A stretch of 64,000 nucleotides of DNA from Chiloscyllium plagiosum (GCF_004010195.1 NC_057728.1:48456077-48520076); one strand, 5' to 3'. Shown: positions 12,620 to 24,200, counted from the stretch's first letter. Notes: generated by a model from the sequence alone, not told the origin. A program made the numbers and translations.

Positions 12620-13835
12620 CCAGTGCACAGAAATGTGAAGTGATGCACTTTGGTTGGAAGAACATTCAAACAATATAAAATAAGGGTATAATTCTCAACG
12701 GGGCGGAGGGGTAGAGGGACTAATGTGTATATGTGACAGAACATTGAAAGTTGCAGGATATGTAGAGAGAGCAGTTAATAAAGCATATAGAGTCCACAGC
12801 TTTATTAATAGGGACACAGAGTACAACAAGTATAAGACATGTTAGATCTCAGCTGGAGTATTGTGTAGAGTTGTGGACGCAACATCATAGAAAAATTGTC
12901 ACTGCATTGGTAATTTTAAGTGATTTTAAGAATGGTTCCAGGAAATTCAATTATGAAGATAGATTGAAGGAGTTAGCACTTTGGAAAGAAGGCAACTGAG
13001 AAGAGACTTGATAGCAGTTTTCAAAATCAGAAGCAGGCTGGGTAGGGTAGATATGAAGAAACTAAGGAACATGTTTTGAGGAACTGCACATTAACAGCCA
13101 CAGTATGTTGGAAACAATAATCACAACAAAACTGCAGCCAGTGGTACTGCTTTATATTTACTACTGCTGTCTGGGCTTTCAGGTACAGCTGGTAATAAAG
13201 GATGAACTTTTAGTATTTACTGATAAAGGAAAAGAATTTGAGAATAGGGAACTGTTGCTGCAATTGTACAAAGCATTAGTGAAACTGCACTGAAATATTA
13301 TGTAGAGGTTTGGTCCCCTTACTTGAGGAGTGCAGTTACATTGGAGGTAGTTCACAGGAGATGACTAGATTGATTCCACAGGTGAGGGCTTTTGTTAAGA
13401 AGAGAGATTGTGCGGTTTAAGCCTATACTCTCTATAGTTTAGAGGAATGAGAAGATACCTAATTGAGGTATCTAAAATACCAAAAAGAGATTGACAAAGT
13501 AGATACAGAGGGGATGTTTCCTCTTGTGAGGTAATCTAGAAGAGAGATCATTGTTTTAAATTTGCTACCCTTTAGCCTAAAACAGAGATAAGAAATTACT
13601 TTTCTCAAAGATTCGTGAATCTGTCGAATTCACTAGCCCAGAGTGTGGTGGATGCTAACACGTTGAATAAACTTAAAGGAAGTGATAGACAGATTTTCAA
13701 TTTGTAATGGATTTAAGGGTTACAGACAGCAGGCAAGAGAGTGGTGTTGAGACGGAGATCAGCCATTATATATTGACTAGAAGAACAAGCTCTCCAAGCT
13801 GAATTGCCTGCTCCTGCTCCTAGTTCTTATGTTCG
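12620..13835 (+). mobile_element. Two decayed CR1 3' fragments (~12620-13060 and ~13190-13835)
   Basis: RT C-terminal remnant ELLLQLYKALVKLH (ORF 13105..13293); tail CCTGCTCCTAGTTCTTATGTT. Confidence 0.75.
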
Positions 13836-14001
13836 GGAGGATTTGTAGAAAGCTACTTTACAAGCTGCATCTTGAAGAACTGCAGAAACACATTTCATTG
13901 GATGTATCTCAATGTCTCAGAAGACAATTATGCTGCCTCAGTTATAATGTAATGTTAACTCCATATCAAGAAGTTCTAATTTAAAAACCAATATCTTTAA
14001 A

Positions 14002-14150
14002 GTCAGAAGTCACATGACACCAGGTTATCGTCAGAGCACTTCACCTGATGAAGGGGCTGTGCTCCGAAAGTTTGTGATTTTAAATAAACCTTGTGTTGTG
14101 CAACCTCTGACTTTGTCCATCCCAGTCCAACACATGCACCCCCACATCAT
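14002..14150 (+). mobile_element. Short Penelope-derived insertion carrying a hammerhead motif
   Basis: Inverted 5' piece (CACCAGGTTAT), then hammerhead, then tail CCCAGTCCAACAC; imperfect TSD CAATATCTTTAAA / CAATATTTTAAAA at 13989 and 14151. Confidence 0.75.
14041..14077 (+). ncRNA. Minimal type I hammerhead ribozyme motif
   Basis: UCAC-CUGAUGA-A-GGGGC-UGU-GCUCC-GAAA-GUUU-GUGA: stem I UCAC/GUGA, intact core, 5-bp stem II with one G-U pair. Confidence 0.7.
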
Positions 14151-15027
14151 CAATATTTTAAAAAACTCTTCACATAAACAAACCCAAATTCTAGCAGTCC
14201 AAAACCGTACTATAAATGGGAAAACTTTCAAGTATTGATCGAATCGGGTTTTACACTTAAGAGGAAACACTTAATTGTCTTGCTAAATATAAAACTAAGC
14301 ATCTCCAGTTAGAAACTAGTTTAATATCTCAACAACTTGTCAGAAATAATGGGCAAGATGGCAGCAAACATATTCAGTAGGAGCAGAAAGTTTCATCACA
14401 ATGAATGATCATCGACTTAATAAAAAAGGGAATAATGTTGTTGACTACACAGTTTTAAAACTGGTAGAATTTGAAATTATTCTAAGTTCATATCTAGCAT
14501 GCACTTGGAAAAACTAAACCAAACTCGGAGTGCCACAGTACAGGTGCCTGTGTAACCCATCACAATTTCTACTTAATTGTTGCCTTGTAATGTCAAATAA
14601 ATTTGTGAAAAAGGAAACAGATCCTGGATTTTCAACCTTACAAAGGCAATGTGAACAGTGCTAAGCACCCACTGAAATCAGCTCGGTTTAGAAACTTTAG
14701 ATGATATACGTGAAGGCTTATTCCAAATGAAACATTTACACAATGGCAATGGATGAGAGACTGCCCACAAAGATATTGCAGGCTCTACATCATTTTCTTC
14801 TATTCCAACATTACTCTGAATCTGGCATGATCTAAAATGGGTCTGTGGGGTCCAACAACAAAGTCGTCATCAGGTAAGCTAATAAACCAGATTGCAGACT
14901 TCTAGCAGGCAAGGCAAGTAGTAAAAATGGCTCAATAGATTAAATTTCATAGCGAGTTTTGAGAAGATTTGTAGCTCAGGTTGAGGCTCTGGATGTCGTT
15001 TTGCTCGCTGAGCTGGAAGGTTCATTT

Positions 15028-15067
15028 CCAGATGTTTCATCACCCTATTAGGTAACATCTTCAGTGG
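15028..15067 (-). ncRNA. Minimal type I hammerhead ribozyme motif in the Penelope 3' region
   Basis: CCA-CUGAAGA-U-GUUACC-UAAUAG-GGUGAU-GAAA-CAUC-UGG. The inverted twin at 16094-16133 has core mutations. Confidence 0.7.
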
Positions 15068-15113
15068 GCCTCTGGGCAAAGCACTGCTGATGATTTCTGC
15101 TTTCTATTTATAT

Positions 15114-15241
15114 AGGAGAAAGTGAGGACTGCAGATGCTGGAGATCAGAGCTGAAAATATGTTGCTGGAAAAGCGCAGCAGGTCAGGCAGCATCCAAGGA
15201 GCAGGAGAATTGACGTTTCGGGCATGAGTCCTTCTTCTTCA
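15114..15241 (-). mobile_element. Mini Penelope-derived element nested in the Penelope arm
   Basis: 13-bp TSD TTTCTATTTATAT at 15101-15113 and 15242-15254; same family as 18055, 32765 and 48825. Confidence 0.85.
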
Positions 15242-16689
15242 TTTCTATTTATATGTTTGGGTTTCTTTTGGTTGGTGATGTGATTTCCTGTTCTTTTTCT
15301 CGGGGGGGGGGGGGTGGGGGAGAGATGGGGAGGGTGGTGGTGATAGATGGGGTCTAACTCGATGTGTTTGTTGATAGAGTTCCGGTTGGAATGCCATGCT
15401 TCTAGGAATTCTCGTGCGTGTCTCTGTTTAACTTGTCCTAGAATGGATGTGTTGTCCTAGTTGAAGTGGTGTCCTTCCTTATCTGTATGTAAAGTTACCA
15501 GTGAGAGAGGGTCATGTCATTTTGTGGCTAGTTGATGTTCGTGTATCCTGGTGGCTAGTTTTCTGCCTGTTTGTCCAATGTAATGTTTGTTACAGTTCTT
15601 GCACGATATTTTGTAAATGACATTAGTTTTGCTTGTTGTCTGTACAGGGTCATTCAAGTTCATTAGCTGCTGTTTGAGTGTGTTGGTGGGTTTGTGGGCT
15701 ACCATGATGCCAAGAGATCTGAGTAGTCTGCCAGAACTACATTGGACAAATAGGCAGAAAACTAGCCACCAGGATACATGAACATCAACTAGCCACAAAA
15801 CGACGTGACCCTCTCTCACTGGTATCCTTACATACAGATAAGGAAGGACACCACTTCGACTGGGACAACACATCCATTCTGGGACAAGCCAAACATAGAC
15901 ACGCACGAGAATTCCTAGAAGCATGGCATTCCAACCAGAACTTTATCAACAAACTCATTGAGTTACACCCCAACTACCACCCCCTGAGAAAAAGAACAGG
16001 AAATGACATCACCACAGGAAACAACATCAACAATCCAAAGAATCCCAAACATATAAATAGAAAGCAGAAATCAACAGCGCTTCGCCCGGAGGCCCACTGA
16101 AGGTGTTACTGAGTAGTGTGACGAAACGTGTGGAAAAGAACCTTCCAGATCAGCGAGCAAACCTACATCCAAAATTAAATTTCATATTTTAATCACTGTA
16201 CAGAAAAAAAAAATTCAAGTTGGGACATATACTTGCGATTAAGATAAAAACTGAAATATCAAATTTTCAAGAAATAACTTCAAAATCCTAAGATTTCACA
16301 CTCATAAGCATTGGGTTTTCAGACCCCAAAGTAGTTATTCAATAGTGATGATAACTTAGTACATGATAAAAAATGCAGTTATTCAATAAAACTGAAATCT
16401 TCCAATACCTTTTACAGTGAAAATAAACTGTAAGTGGAAAGTTTCAAGGTCATGACAATTCACTAATTCTATTTTGCATGCATCACTGAACACTGCAATA
16501 GCACATCACAAGGTTATTAATGACAACAGCATTTGAAGATCAAACTAGCAGCTCACTCAAAAAGGAACAAAATCTCCAGCACCATCTTCAATCACAAGGT
16601 ATGCAAATGCTTTCAAAACTGAATTCAATGAACTGATAACAATTTATAGTAGAAAATCTATTGTAAAACAGTGTTAATTTTTATAGGAG

Positions 16690-18710
16690 GAGGAGGTACT
16701 TAGTCATGGTAAAATGGAATCCAAGGCAGAGAGGCAAGTCTAACAGAGCAATGGATGATTTTTAAGAGGAAATGCTTCAGAATTAAGGTTGGTACATGCC
16801 AACTGGAATGAACGGTACTTTAATTCAAAACCAGAATTCCTTGGATGAAACAAAACAATGGGTGAACGATGCATGCTATATGAATTTTTTAAAGCAAGAA
16901 ATGGGTCAAATACAAGAATCAAAGAGAAGCAAGAGGGAAATAAATTGACAGAGAATATGAGAAAACAGCAGTAGTCAATATAAAATAGAACCTGAAAATC
17001 TTCTATCCTATGTAAACAGTAAGCAAGTAGAAAGAGTGGAATGAATCTTATCAGGAACAAAGAGACACAGGACAAAACTAAAATACAGAGTATTTTGTAT
17101 CAGGGTTTATCATACTGAGGAATCAGACAAAATATCAGTAGCAATGGAAATGGTGGAAGTAATGGAGGGGATGAAAATTATGAGGCATGAGATATCAGAA
17201 AGATTGGTATACGTACAGTGGATAGGTCACCTGATCCAAAAAGGCTTGCATTCTAGTATGCTAAAAGGTGATGGGTGAATGTACTTGCCGTAATCTTCCA
17301 ATTGTTTTCTTGCGCAACAGAAGGTGTCCAAGGATTATAAAGTTCCAAATGTAACACCCTTATTCAAGAGAGGGTGTAAGAAAAGTCTTAGCAACTACAG
17401 GCCGAGAAATTTAAATCAATGGTAAATCAAGGCTTTAGAAACAATAATAAAGGAGAAAAATCAGTCACTTGGAAAGTTTGACTTAATTAAGAATAATCAG
17501 CACAGATGTGTAAAAAGCATTTTCCTTGGCCAAACCAATTAATTTTTTTTGAAAAGTAATGAAATAAATGCAAATAGATGCTTTTGACATGTATTTTAAC
17601 AGAGTGTTTGATAAAAAAAGCTGGTTACCAAAATTGAGGCTCACGGAATAAGAAGGATTATTATCAATTTGAATTTAAAGAACTGACAAGGACAGAATAG
17701 AGTAAGATGACTATGTTCTCAACTGGAAGATGGTAAAGTGATATTCTCCAAGCATTAGTGCTGGGCTCATTTTTTCTAACATATACAATTGATTGGGATA
17801 TTAGAATTTAGTTCCAAAATTGTAGAATGATACCAAACGTACAGCAGCTGCAGACAGTGAGAAAAATACTAACTGACTGCAGCAGGTTAGTAGATGAAAT
17901 TTAATTAGTTAAGTGCAAGGTGATATAGATATTTTTTGGCAGAAGGATTGAGGAGAAGCAACACAGATTTAATGGCATGGTTCACAGTACAGGGACAGAG
18001 GGAGCTGGAGTGATGTGCATCAATCTTTGAAGTTGGCAGGCCATACTGAAAATGATTCTTGAAGAAGGGCTTATGCCCGAAACGTCGATTCTCCTGTTCC
18101 TTGGATGCTGCCTGACCTGCTGCGCTTTTCCAGCAACACATTTTCAGCTCATACTGAAAATGTGGTTAGCAAAGAATATAGCGTTGTGATTTGCATAACA
18201 GGAACTGTGGAGTACAAAAGCTGGAAAGATATGCTGAACCTTTTATGAAGTTCCAGTAAGGCTACAACTAGAGTATTGTCTCCAGGACAAACATATTTTA
18301 GATACCAGGTCAGGAGAAGCCGGGGTCATTCTCTTTGGAGCACAGGAGATTGAGGGGGATTTGATGGAACTGACAAGATTATGGATAGTTCAGATAAGGA
18401 AAACAAGGGCAAACTTTTTCCGTCAGCTGATGGCACAGGAATTAAGGGACAGATTAACAGTTTTGGGACAAAAATGAAGGGCCAAAATGAGAACGATCCC
18501 CTTATACAGCAAATGGTAATGACATGGATGACAGAAGCAGATACAATCAATGATTTCAAAAGAAAATTGGAGGGGCACCCAAAAATTAACTTGCACAGCT
18601 TCAGGGACTTACCACGGGATTGTTGTTGCACTGAATTGCTGCACATTGGAGTAGAACAAACATCATGGGTTGAATGACCTCCTCCTATACCATACATGAC
18701 TCAAATGATT
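16690..18710 (+). mobile_element. Old, heavily decayed CR1 ORF2 (RT region to 3' end)
   Basis: Readable remnants such as NVTPLFKRG..NYRP (~17350-17405), a DDTK-like AATGATACCAAA (~17830), and the 3' region in ORF 18381..18677. Confidence 0.7.
18055..18149 (+). mobile_element. 95-bp mini Penelope-derived element beginning at a hammerhead motif
   Basis: 13-bp TSD CATACTGAAAATG at 18042-18054 and 18150-18162; TTGAAGA-A-GGGC-TTAT-GCCC-GAAACGTC (core C changed to T). Confidence 0.85.
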
Positions 18711-20668
18711 TTAATGAAACCTCATTAGTAAGTTAAACAAAATAATAAAATGAAGGCTCAATATAAAAAGCTTGCAATTATGTAGTGCCTTTACCATCCC
18801 AAGGCACAATAAGATGTTGAGCCAATGAAAGAGAAATCAAGTCAACTTGGTTAATGAGATATGTTTTAAGGTGACTTTGAAAAGATGAAAGGAAAGATGG
18901 CGAAGCAAGAAAGTGCTGGAAACAAAGTCCTGGAGAAACTCAACAGACCTGGCAACATCTGTAGACAGAGAAACAGTGACCCTTCATAACAACTGTTACT
19001 GTAGCATTCGTATAAAGAGGCAGTAGTTCAGTGACAAACCTGATTAGGTGTTAAGGTACAAAGTGGTTCCAAGTGAAATGGAGTCAGACTCCCTCCTTCA
19101 GAGTCATGTTGGAACATTACCTCAGACTTTGGTGGCACTTAACGGTTTAGGTGTACTTCCTGGAAGTAAGTATGTTATAGTATGAATGTATAAGCAATTA
19201 ACTGGAAGTTTTCCCTGATGTCACAAGTTCTGGTCGCTTGAGTCAGAGCGCCAAAAACCTTGTGCCTTACCCAAGTAGCAATATCTGTTAAATGTGAGCT
19301 ATCTTCAGTCCTTTGCCTATCAGTATGAACTCAAACACAGGTGTCAGGCAACATCAAATAGTATCAGTATTTAAGGACTCTTCCAACAACATGATTAACA
19401 ATGTTGGCCAAGATCCTAATGGCTAAAACTTCCCATTTAAGAACTACAAAATAAGTTAGGTTTACTTTATTTTCATTTTAAATGGCGGTTTGTGGCCAAA
19501 TGTCACCATTAATTTGCAAAAGCACAATCTATAAAAAGACTTAAAAGATGCCAGTCACATCAATCTGATTAATAAAGTCTTCCTGCACCTCATGTAAAAT
19601 CTAAGGAAATGTGTACTTTCTTTATTCAGGCATTGGCATTTCCTCATATGTTGTTTGCGTGCAGATGTTTGCAAGGACAAATGGATTTTTTTCTGGCTTC
19701 CAGACAGCACAGGCCTGCTTTTTAATTTGGCTTCATGATCTGATGATTGAAGTAAATATCCTCATGATGACTTAATAAACGTGGTTAAGGTATTGCAGTT
19801 CTTGTTCCATTGCCACAAAATTGCATGCATAACATAATGGTTCAGCATATAGCCTACATGAATATAACTCCATTGTTTTTTTTAAAACAAACTGCCATGT
19901 AAAAAAAAAACAGGGATATAATATTTATATACCATCCTTCACAGCAGGATAGAAATTGCAACAAGTTGCTCTGGCAACCTTTCAATTTCAGTTGAATAGT
20001 ATCTCAATCACAGGCAGTACAACAAATGAGAGTTAGGGGTAACATTTATACACAAGCCAAGGTCAGCCATGATGAAGTGGAAAAGATGTCAATGCTGTAC
20101 TTGCTTTCAGCAAGAAAATTAGGTCAAGATGCTGGTACAGGAATACAGAATGAAGTGGAATTTCTTACTGAATATACTACATAGATCTGGCAAACAACTA
20201 GAGTGAAAAGCCATTTTTTTCCTTACCAGGATCAGTTTCTTTCTTTCCCTTATCTGTTCCCCCTGCAATCTCTTAGCCTTCGGTAAAGTGCCTTCTGTTA
20301 TGCGAGAGCTCACAAAAAAAACCTCAAGGCTTGATAAAAGGTGTTCCCATATTTACCTGCAGTAATTTCATCAAATACTGCAATCTTACAATTAAATAAA
20401 CATATTAGGATAATTAAAAACATCATTTATCATAAACACGTTAAAATTTAACAAATCCAACTTGACATCGTTTAAGATTTAGAAGATTTCTGAAGTAAAA
20501 CTTCTTAGCAGTGCGATAGCATGTAATAATTTGTGGGATTTCATATTGGCTTGACTTGAAGTTGCAATAGATAGAAAGCTCAAGGCAGTTATTACTGGAT
20601 CAGGGAATAACCGGCCTAAAACTCTGCCAGATGTAACTATGCCTAATGTTTAACTGCACATGCCTATA

Positions 20669-20885
20669 CAGGGTGACCCCCGTATCCACAGAATCGTTTT
20701 CCGTGGTTTCAGTTACCCGTGGTTTACCGTGGCTCGAACATATTACAGGGAACGTTCCAGAACCAGGAGGCTGCTGGCAAGGTAAATTTCCCAGTTAAAT
20801 GAATGGATTCACACCTATCCGCTGTTTCGGGCTTCGGTGGTGGGTCTTGGAATGTATTTCCCCGCAGGTACGGGGGGGACTACTG
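20669..20885. mobile_element. Tigger/pogo-family MITE, MER44(Tigger7)-like
   Basis: TA at 20667-20668 and 20886-20887; imperfect TIRs CAGGGTGACCCCCGTATC / GGTACGGGGGGGACTACTG; internal TTTCCGTGGTTTCAGTTACCCGTGG. Confidence 0.85.
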
Positions 20886-21633
20886 TACTCCAGAAATTGC
20901 AGTCGAATTTGTGCTGCTCCTCCACCGGTTTTGTTATATAGGTATTACACTGAGAGAAGCAAACTACATAGTGATATTTCCAAAGTCAGCACAAGAAACT
21001 CACTAAATAAACCAGAAAAAATATAAAGTTGTTCACTCAAGTGTTGTAAAGTTTTTAATTACACAAGTCTTAACTACTTCCAAACAATCTCTCGGACATT
21101 TAAAAAAAAACATATGCATGGAGTCTCATTCCTTCAGATTTTAATTATTGATGGAGATTTAATTTTTAAAAATATTTTCTTTCTCACATATCTCTTTCTA
21201 TTAATTCTAGCTTTCTCGCTATTTGTTTTGGTTTTTGCACCACTTCTATACACCTTCTGAGACAGCCAATGACTACAATTGATGCTAGAAAGTTCAAGTG
21301 ACATTTGCAGGTAGATATAAGCATAATGAATGGCAAGTGCCATTTGTTGATTACAAACTCTAGGACATTTTTCTGCATTTTAATTGGAAAGAATAGGAAA
21401 AAAAAGAAAAAAAATGTGGTTTTCACATTTATTAGCATTTTTGTGTGTAAAGTTGCATATGGTAAATGAGGTCAATTGCATCTAGACAAGGAAGTCTCTA
21501 TTCAATCAATTATTTCCAAGAACTTTGGGCAAAGCTGCTTTGACTTAAATAACAATCACATTGCTTTTGTTGCAAAATTACTTAGTGCACAATATGTGTA
21601 ATTTAAAGATGACAGATTAATAATATAATTGAT

Positions 21634-21706
21634 TTAAAGGATGTAGCCTGTTCGAATAGTAAAGGTTTCCCGATCTTGCTTATGGTATTCTGCGATGCGC
21701 AGCTGC
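21634..21706 (-). CDS. Candidate short terminal coding exon of an unidentified minus-strand gene
   Basis: Pyrimidine-rich acceptor ..TTCTTTTGTCAAG; open frame QLRIAEYHKQDRETFTIRTGYIL*; 4 CpGs in 73 nt; AATAAA at 21428-21433(-). Peptide not recognised. Confidence 0.25.
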
Positions 21707-22379
21707 CTTGACAAAAGAATTAAATATCACATGACAAGAAAGGAAGGAAGAGCAACACTTTTCTTCAAATTTCTTATGTGGTTTAGAAAATTCATACATA
21801 TAAATTTAATTTGTTAGATGCTACCAATGTGTTGTATGCAATAAATAAGTAATATTTAAGTAATAAATATTGTTGACAAAACTGCTTGCATTTTTTGAAT
21901 ATCTAACTAGCAATAGTGGCTACAAATTATTAACAGATCAGAAAAATGCCACCTTGTACATGGTCTTCAAAACTATTTGCCCAACAGTCTCCCAACTGAC
22001 AGGATCTACTAGATCTGGTACAGCTCAAGTCAGAGTAATTTCTCATTGTGATCTCATTATATATGAATGACACGGGGTTATTGAGAATTCTATTTTCCTT
22101 TATTTGCACTCTGCATAAGCTTCAAATAGGTTGTCACATCTAAAAGCATGAATATTTTGGATTACTTGATGGTTTTTCAAGTTCTGTTCTTAAGGATTTT
22201 ACTGTCAGCTGGTAAATTTACAGGAACAGGAGTTTGATCTGAGGAAGAGTTTCCACAAATAAGGTAAATATTTAATTCTTTCACTATTTTATTTCTGATT
22301 TTAGACTTAAAAGGATTGGAAATGAAACATTTTACTAAGCTTCTGTTGTATTTCTTGGTATTAGCAGTTAACCTATCAC

Positions 22380-22940
22380 ATAGATGGAGAATGAGCTGAG
22401 ATAGAGAGAAAAACAGTTGGGCAGTCAAAGGGTCAATGGTCCGCGTCAACAGTTATTCATTCTCCCAGGCTGACCTTTCGTACTGCTCTGTCTGGGAGAA
22501 AGTGAGGATTGCAGATGCTGGAGATCAGAGTCTGAAACTGTGGCAGTGGAAAAGCACAGCAGGTCAGGCAGCATCTGAGGAGCAGGAGAATTGACATTTT
22601 GGGCATATGCCCGAAATGTCGATTCTCCTGCTCCTCAGATGCTGCCTGCCCTGCTGTGCTTTTCCATCGCCACATTTTGACTATTCCTTTGTCTGCTCAA
22701 CTGTTTTTCTCTATCTCTGGGCTCCATCTTCACCTATCATTTACTCCTTTCCCTTCCACCCATACACTCATCCTTTCTTTAGCATATATACCAACATTTT
22801 CCTACCAACATCAGGTCTGAAAAAAAAGTCACTGGACCCAAATCATTAACTCTGCTTTCTCTCTACAGATGTAGACCTGCTGAGGTTTTCCAATGGTTTT
22901 TTGACTTGTTTCTGACTCCCAACATCTGCAGTTTTTTGAC
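22380..22940. mobile_element. Penelope-derived complex: older inverted fragments around a fold-back element (22496-22682)
   Basis: 22380-22440 is inverted relative to 22685-22740; the inner palindrome is centred on GGGCAT|ATGCCC (22606/22607); decayed hammerhead at ~22817-22850. Confidence 0.75.
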
Positions 22941-22944
22941 AAGC

Positions 22945-24200
22945 AGGGGTAAACCTGAGAGACAAGTTGTCTGGAGACAAAGTGGAGTTAATACAGCAAA
23001 TAGATAATGCTTAGGAAGTAGAGATTTCACCAAACTTGTCAATCATTCTGAAGCTCAAGATGAAAATCTTGGAACAGTTTGATAAGCAGGAATTATCTTC
23101 AACAAAATAGGTAAGAATGGTTGCTTATGCCAACATCAGAAGTAGCTCTGTGTATGTGGTCAGACAACTCGAGCAAAGAATATCCTCCTAAACATCCAAT
23201 CCTGCAGGAAGGAGGAACAGGCGTTGTAAAAGAGGCTAACCAAAAGGCACCTGCAGCCATCTGCAGCAATGAATGACTGGACCAATTCAAGAAAAACTAA
23301 AGCATCATCTTCCAGTAAGCAGTGAGGGTGGAGCAGCTATGGCAACAATGACAGCTGATGAAGAAGCAAAACTGTTTTGTGCACATGCAGAATGAAAATA
23401 GTCAAAAGGGCACTTTTAACATGGATGATATCAGATTGCTTTGCACGTTTTACCAGACTGCATTTAAATTTTAAAGCTAAAACATATAATGATAGAAAAG
23501 GAAGCAATGAACCTGTCACAGCTATGGTCTGCCCCATCTGATGGCAGAGAGTAGCTGCCACACTTGTGGCAGGAAATCCACAAAGCCATGCTACTTTGAC
23601 AAAGTCAAGACACTACCCATGCAGAATGAGGTTAACAAAACTACCTGGATGACCTCCATTTTTGAAATGTTGATCAGAAAAGTGAATAAACAGGCCAATG
23701 GAAGAAAGAAAATCATCACAACAGACAACTGACCCACAGACACCGAGATCGCTGAGCTGAAGGGCATGAAGTTGACAATCTTACCTCCAAATGCCTGGGC
23801 CAAGTTCCAGTCAATGGATCAGACAGAACTTAAAAAGTAACTACCAATGGCAGCAGATTTCTTACCTTACCGAGGCCATGAATAAGAATCAGGATTACAA
23901 CCCAACTGTTTGAGAGGTCATATCCATAATGGAGGAGGCATGGAAGATAGTGACAGGGGGAAGCCAATCAACCTGATGAGCCAAACACCTTATTTTCAAT
24001 TAACTGTGAGGCTGCCATGGTATTTCCAGTAGAGCTGATCATGGAAACATATGATGAGGTGGATGATGCTGTACAAAAGAACTGACTGCCAAGGCAATCA
24101 TAGATGCAGTACATTCCTCAACTGAGGTGTCGGTGACCCTGAAGAATCCTATGAATGCCTGCCTGCTCATCTGCTAGTTTCCCTTGCAGAAGCTGCAAGG
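22945..24200 (+). pseudogene. Decayed Tigger/pogo (CENP-B HTH + DDE) transposase
   Basis: Colinear remnants TRAKNILLN/PILQE (HTH), FNMDDIRLL (FNADETGL), RKGSNEPVTAMVC, GRKSTKPCYFDKVKTLPMQNEVNKTTWMTSIFE (ORF 23541..23732), TDN, and ILPPNAWAKFQSMDQ (LPPNTTSxLQPMDQ). Many stops and frameshifts. Confidence 0.85.

Larger units (their letters stand above)
14952..16173. mobile_element. Penelope-like element, inverted double-arm insertion
   Basis: Minus arm ~14952-15730 encodes GIY-YIG (NVIYKISCKNCNKHYIGQTGRKLATRIHEHQ); plus arm 15731-16173 is its inverted partial copy. 13-bp TSD ATTAAATTTCATA at 14939-14951 and 16174-16186. Confidence 0.9.

Noticed and set aside
19102..19165. Plus-strand exon-like segment (CTCCCTCCTTCAG..GAA|GTAAGT; SHVGTLPQTLVALNGLGVLPG)
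   Set aside because: Isolated, peptide unrecognised, not frame-preserving, and opposite to the presumed host strand.
20227..20295. KALYRR TPR-like peptide after a minus-strand AG
   Set aside because: That frame stops after 14 codons; chance match.
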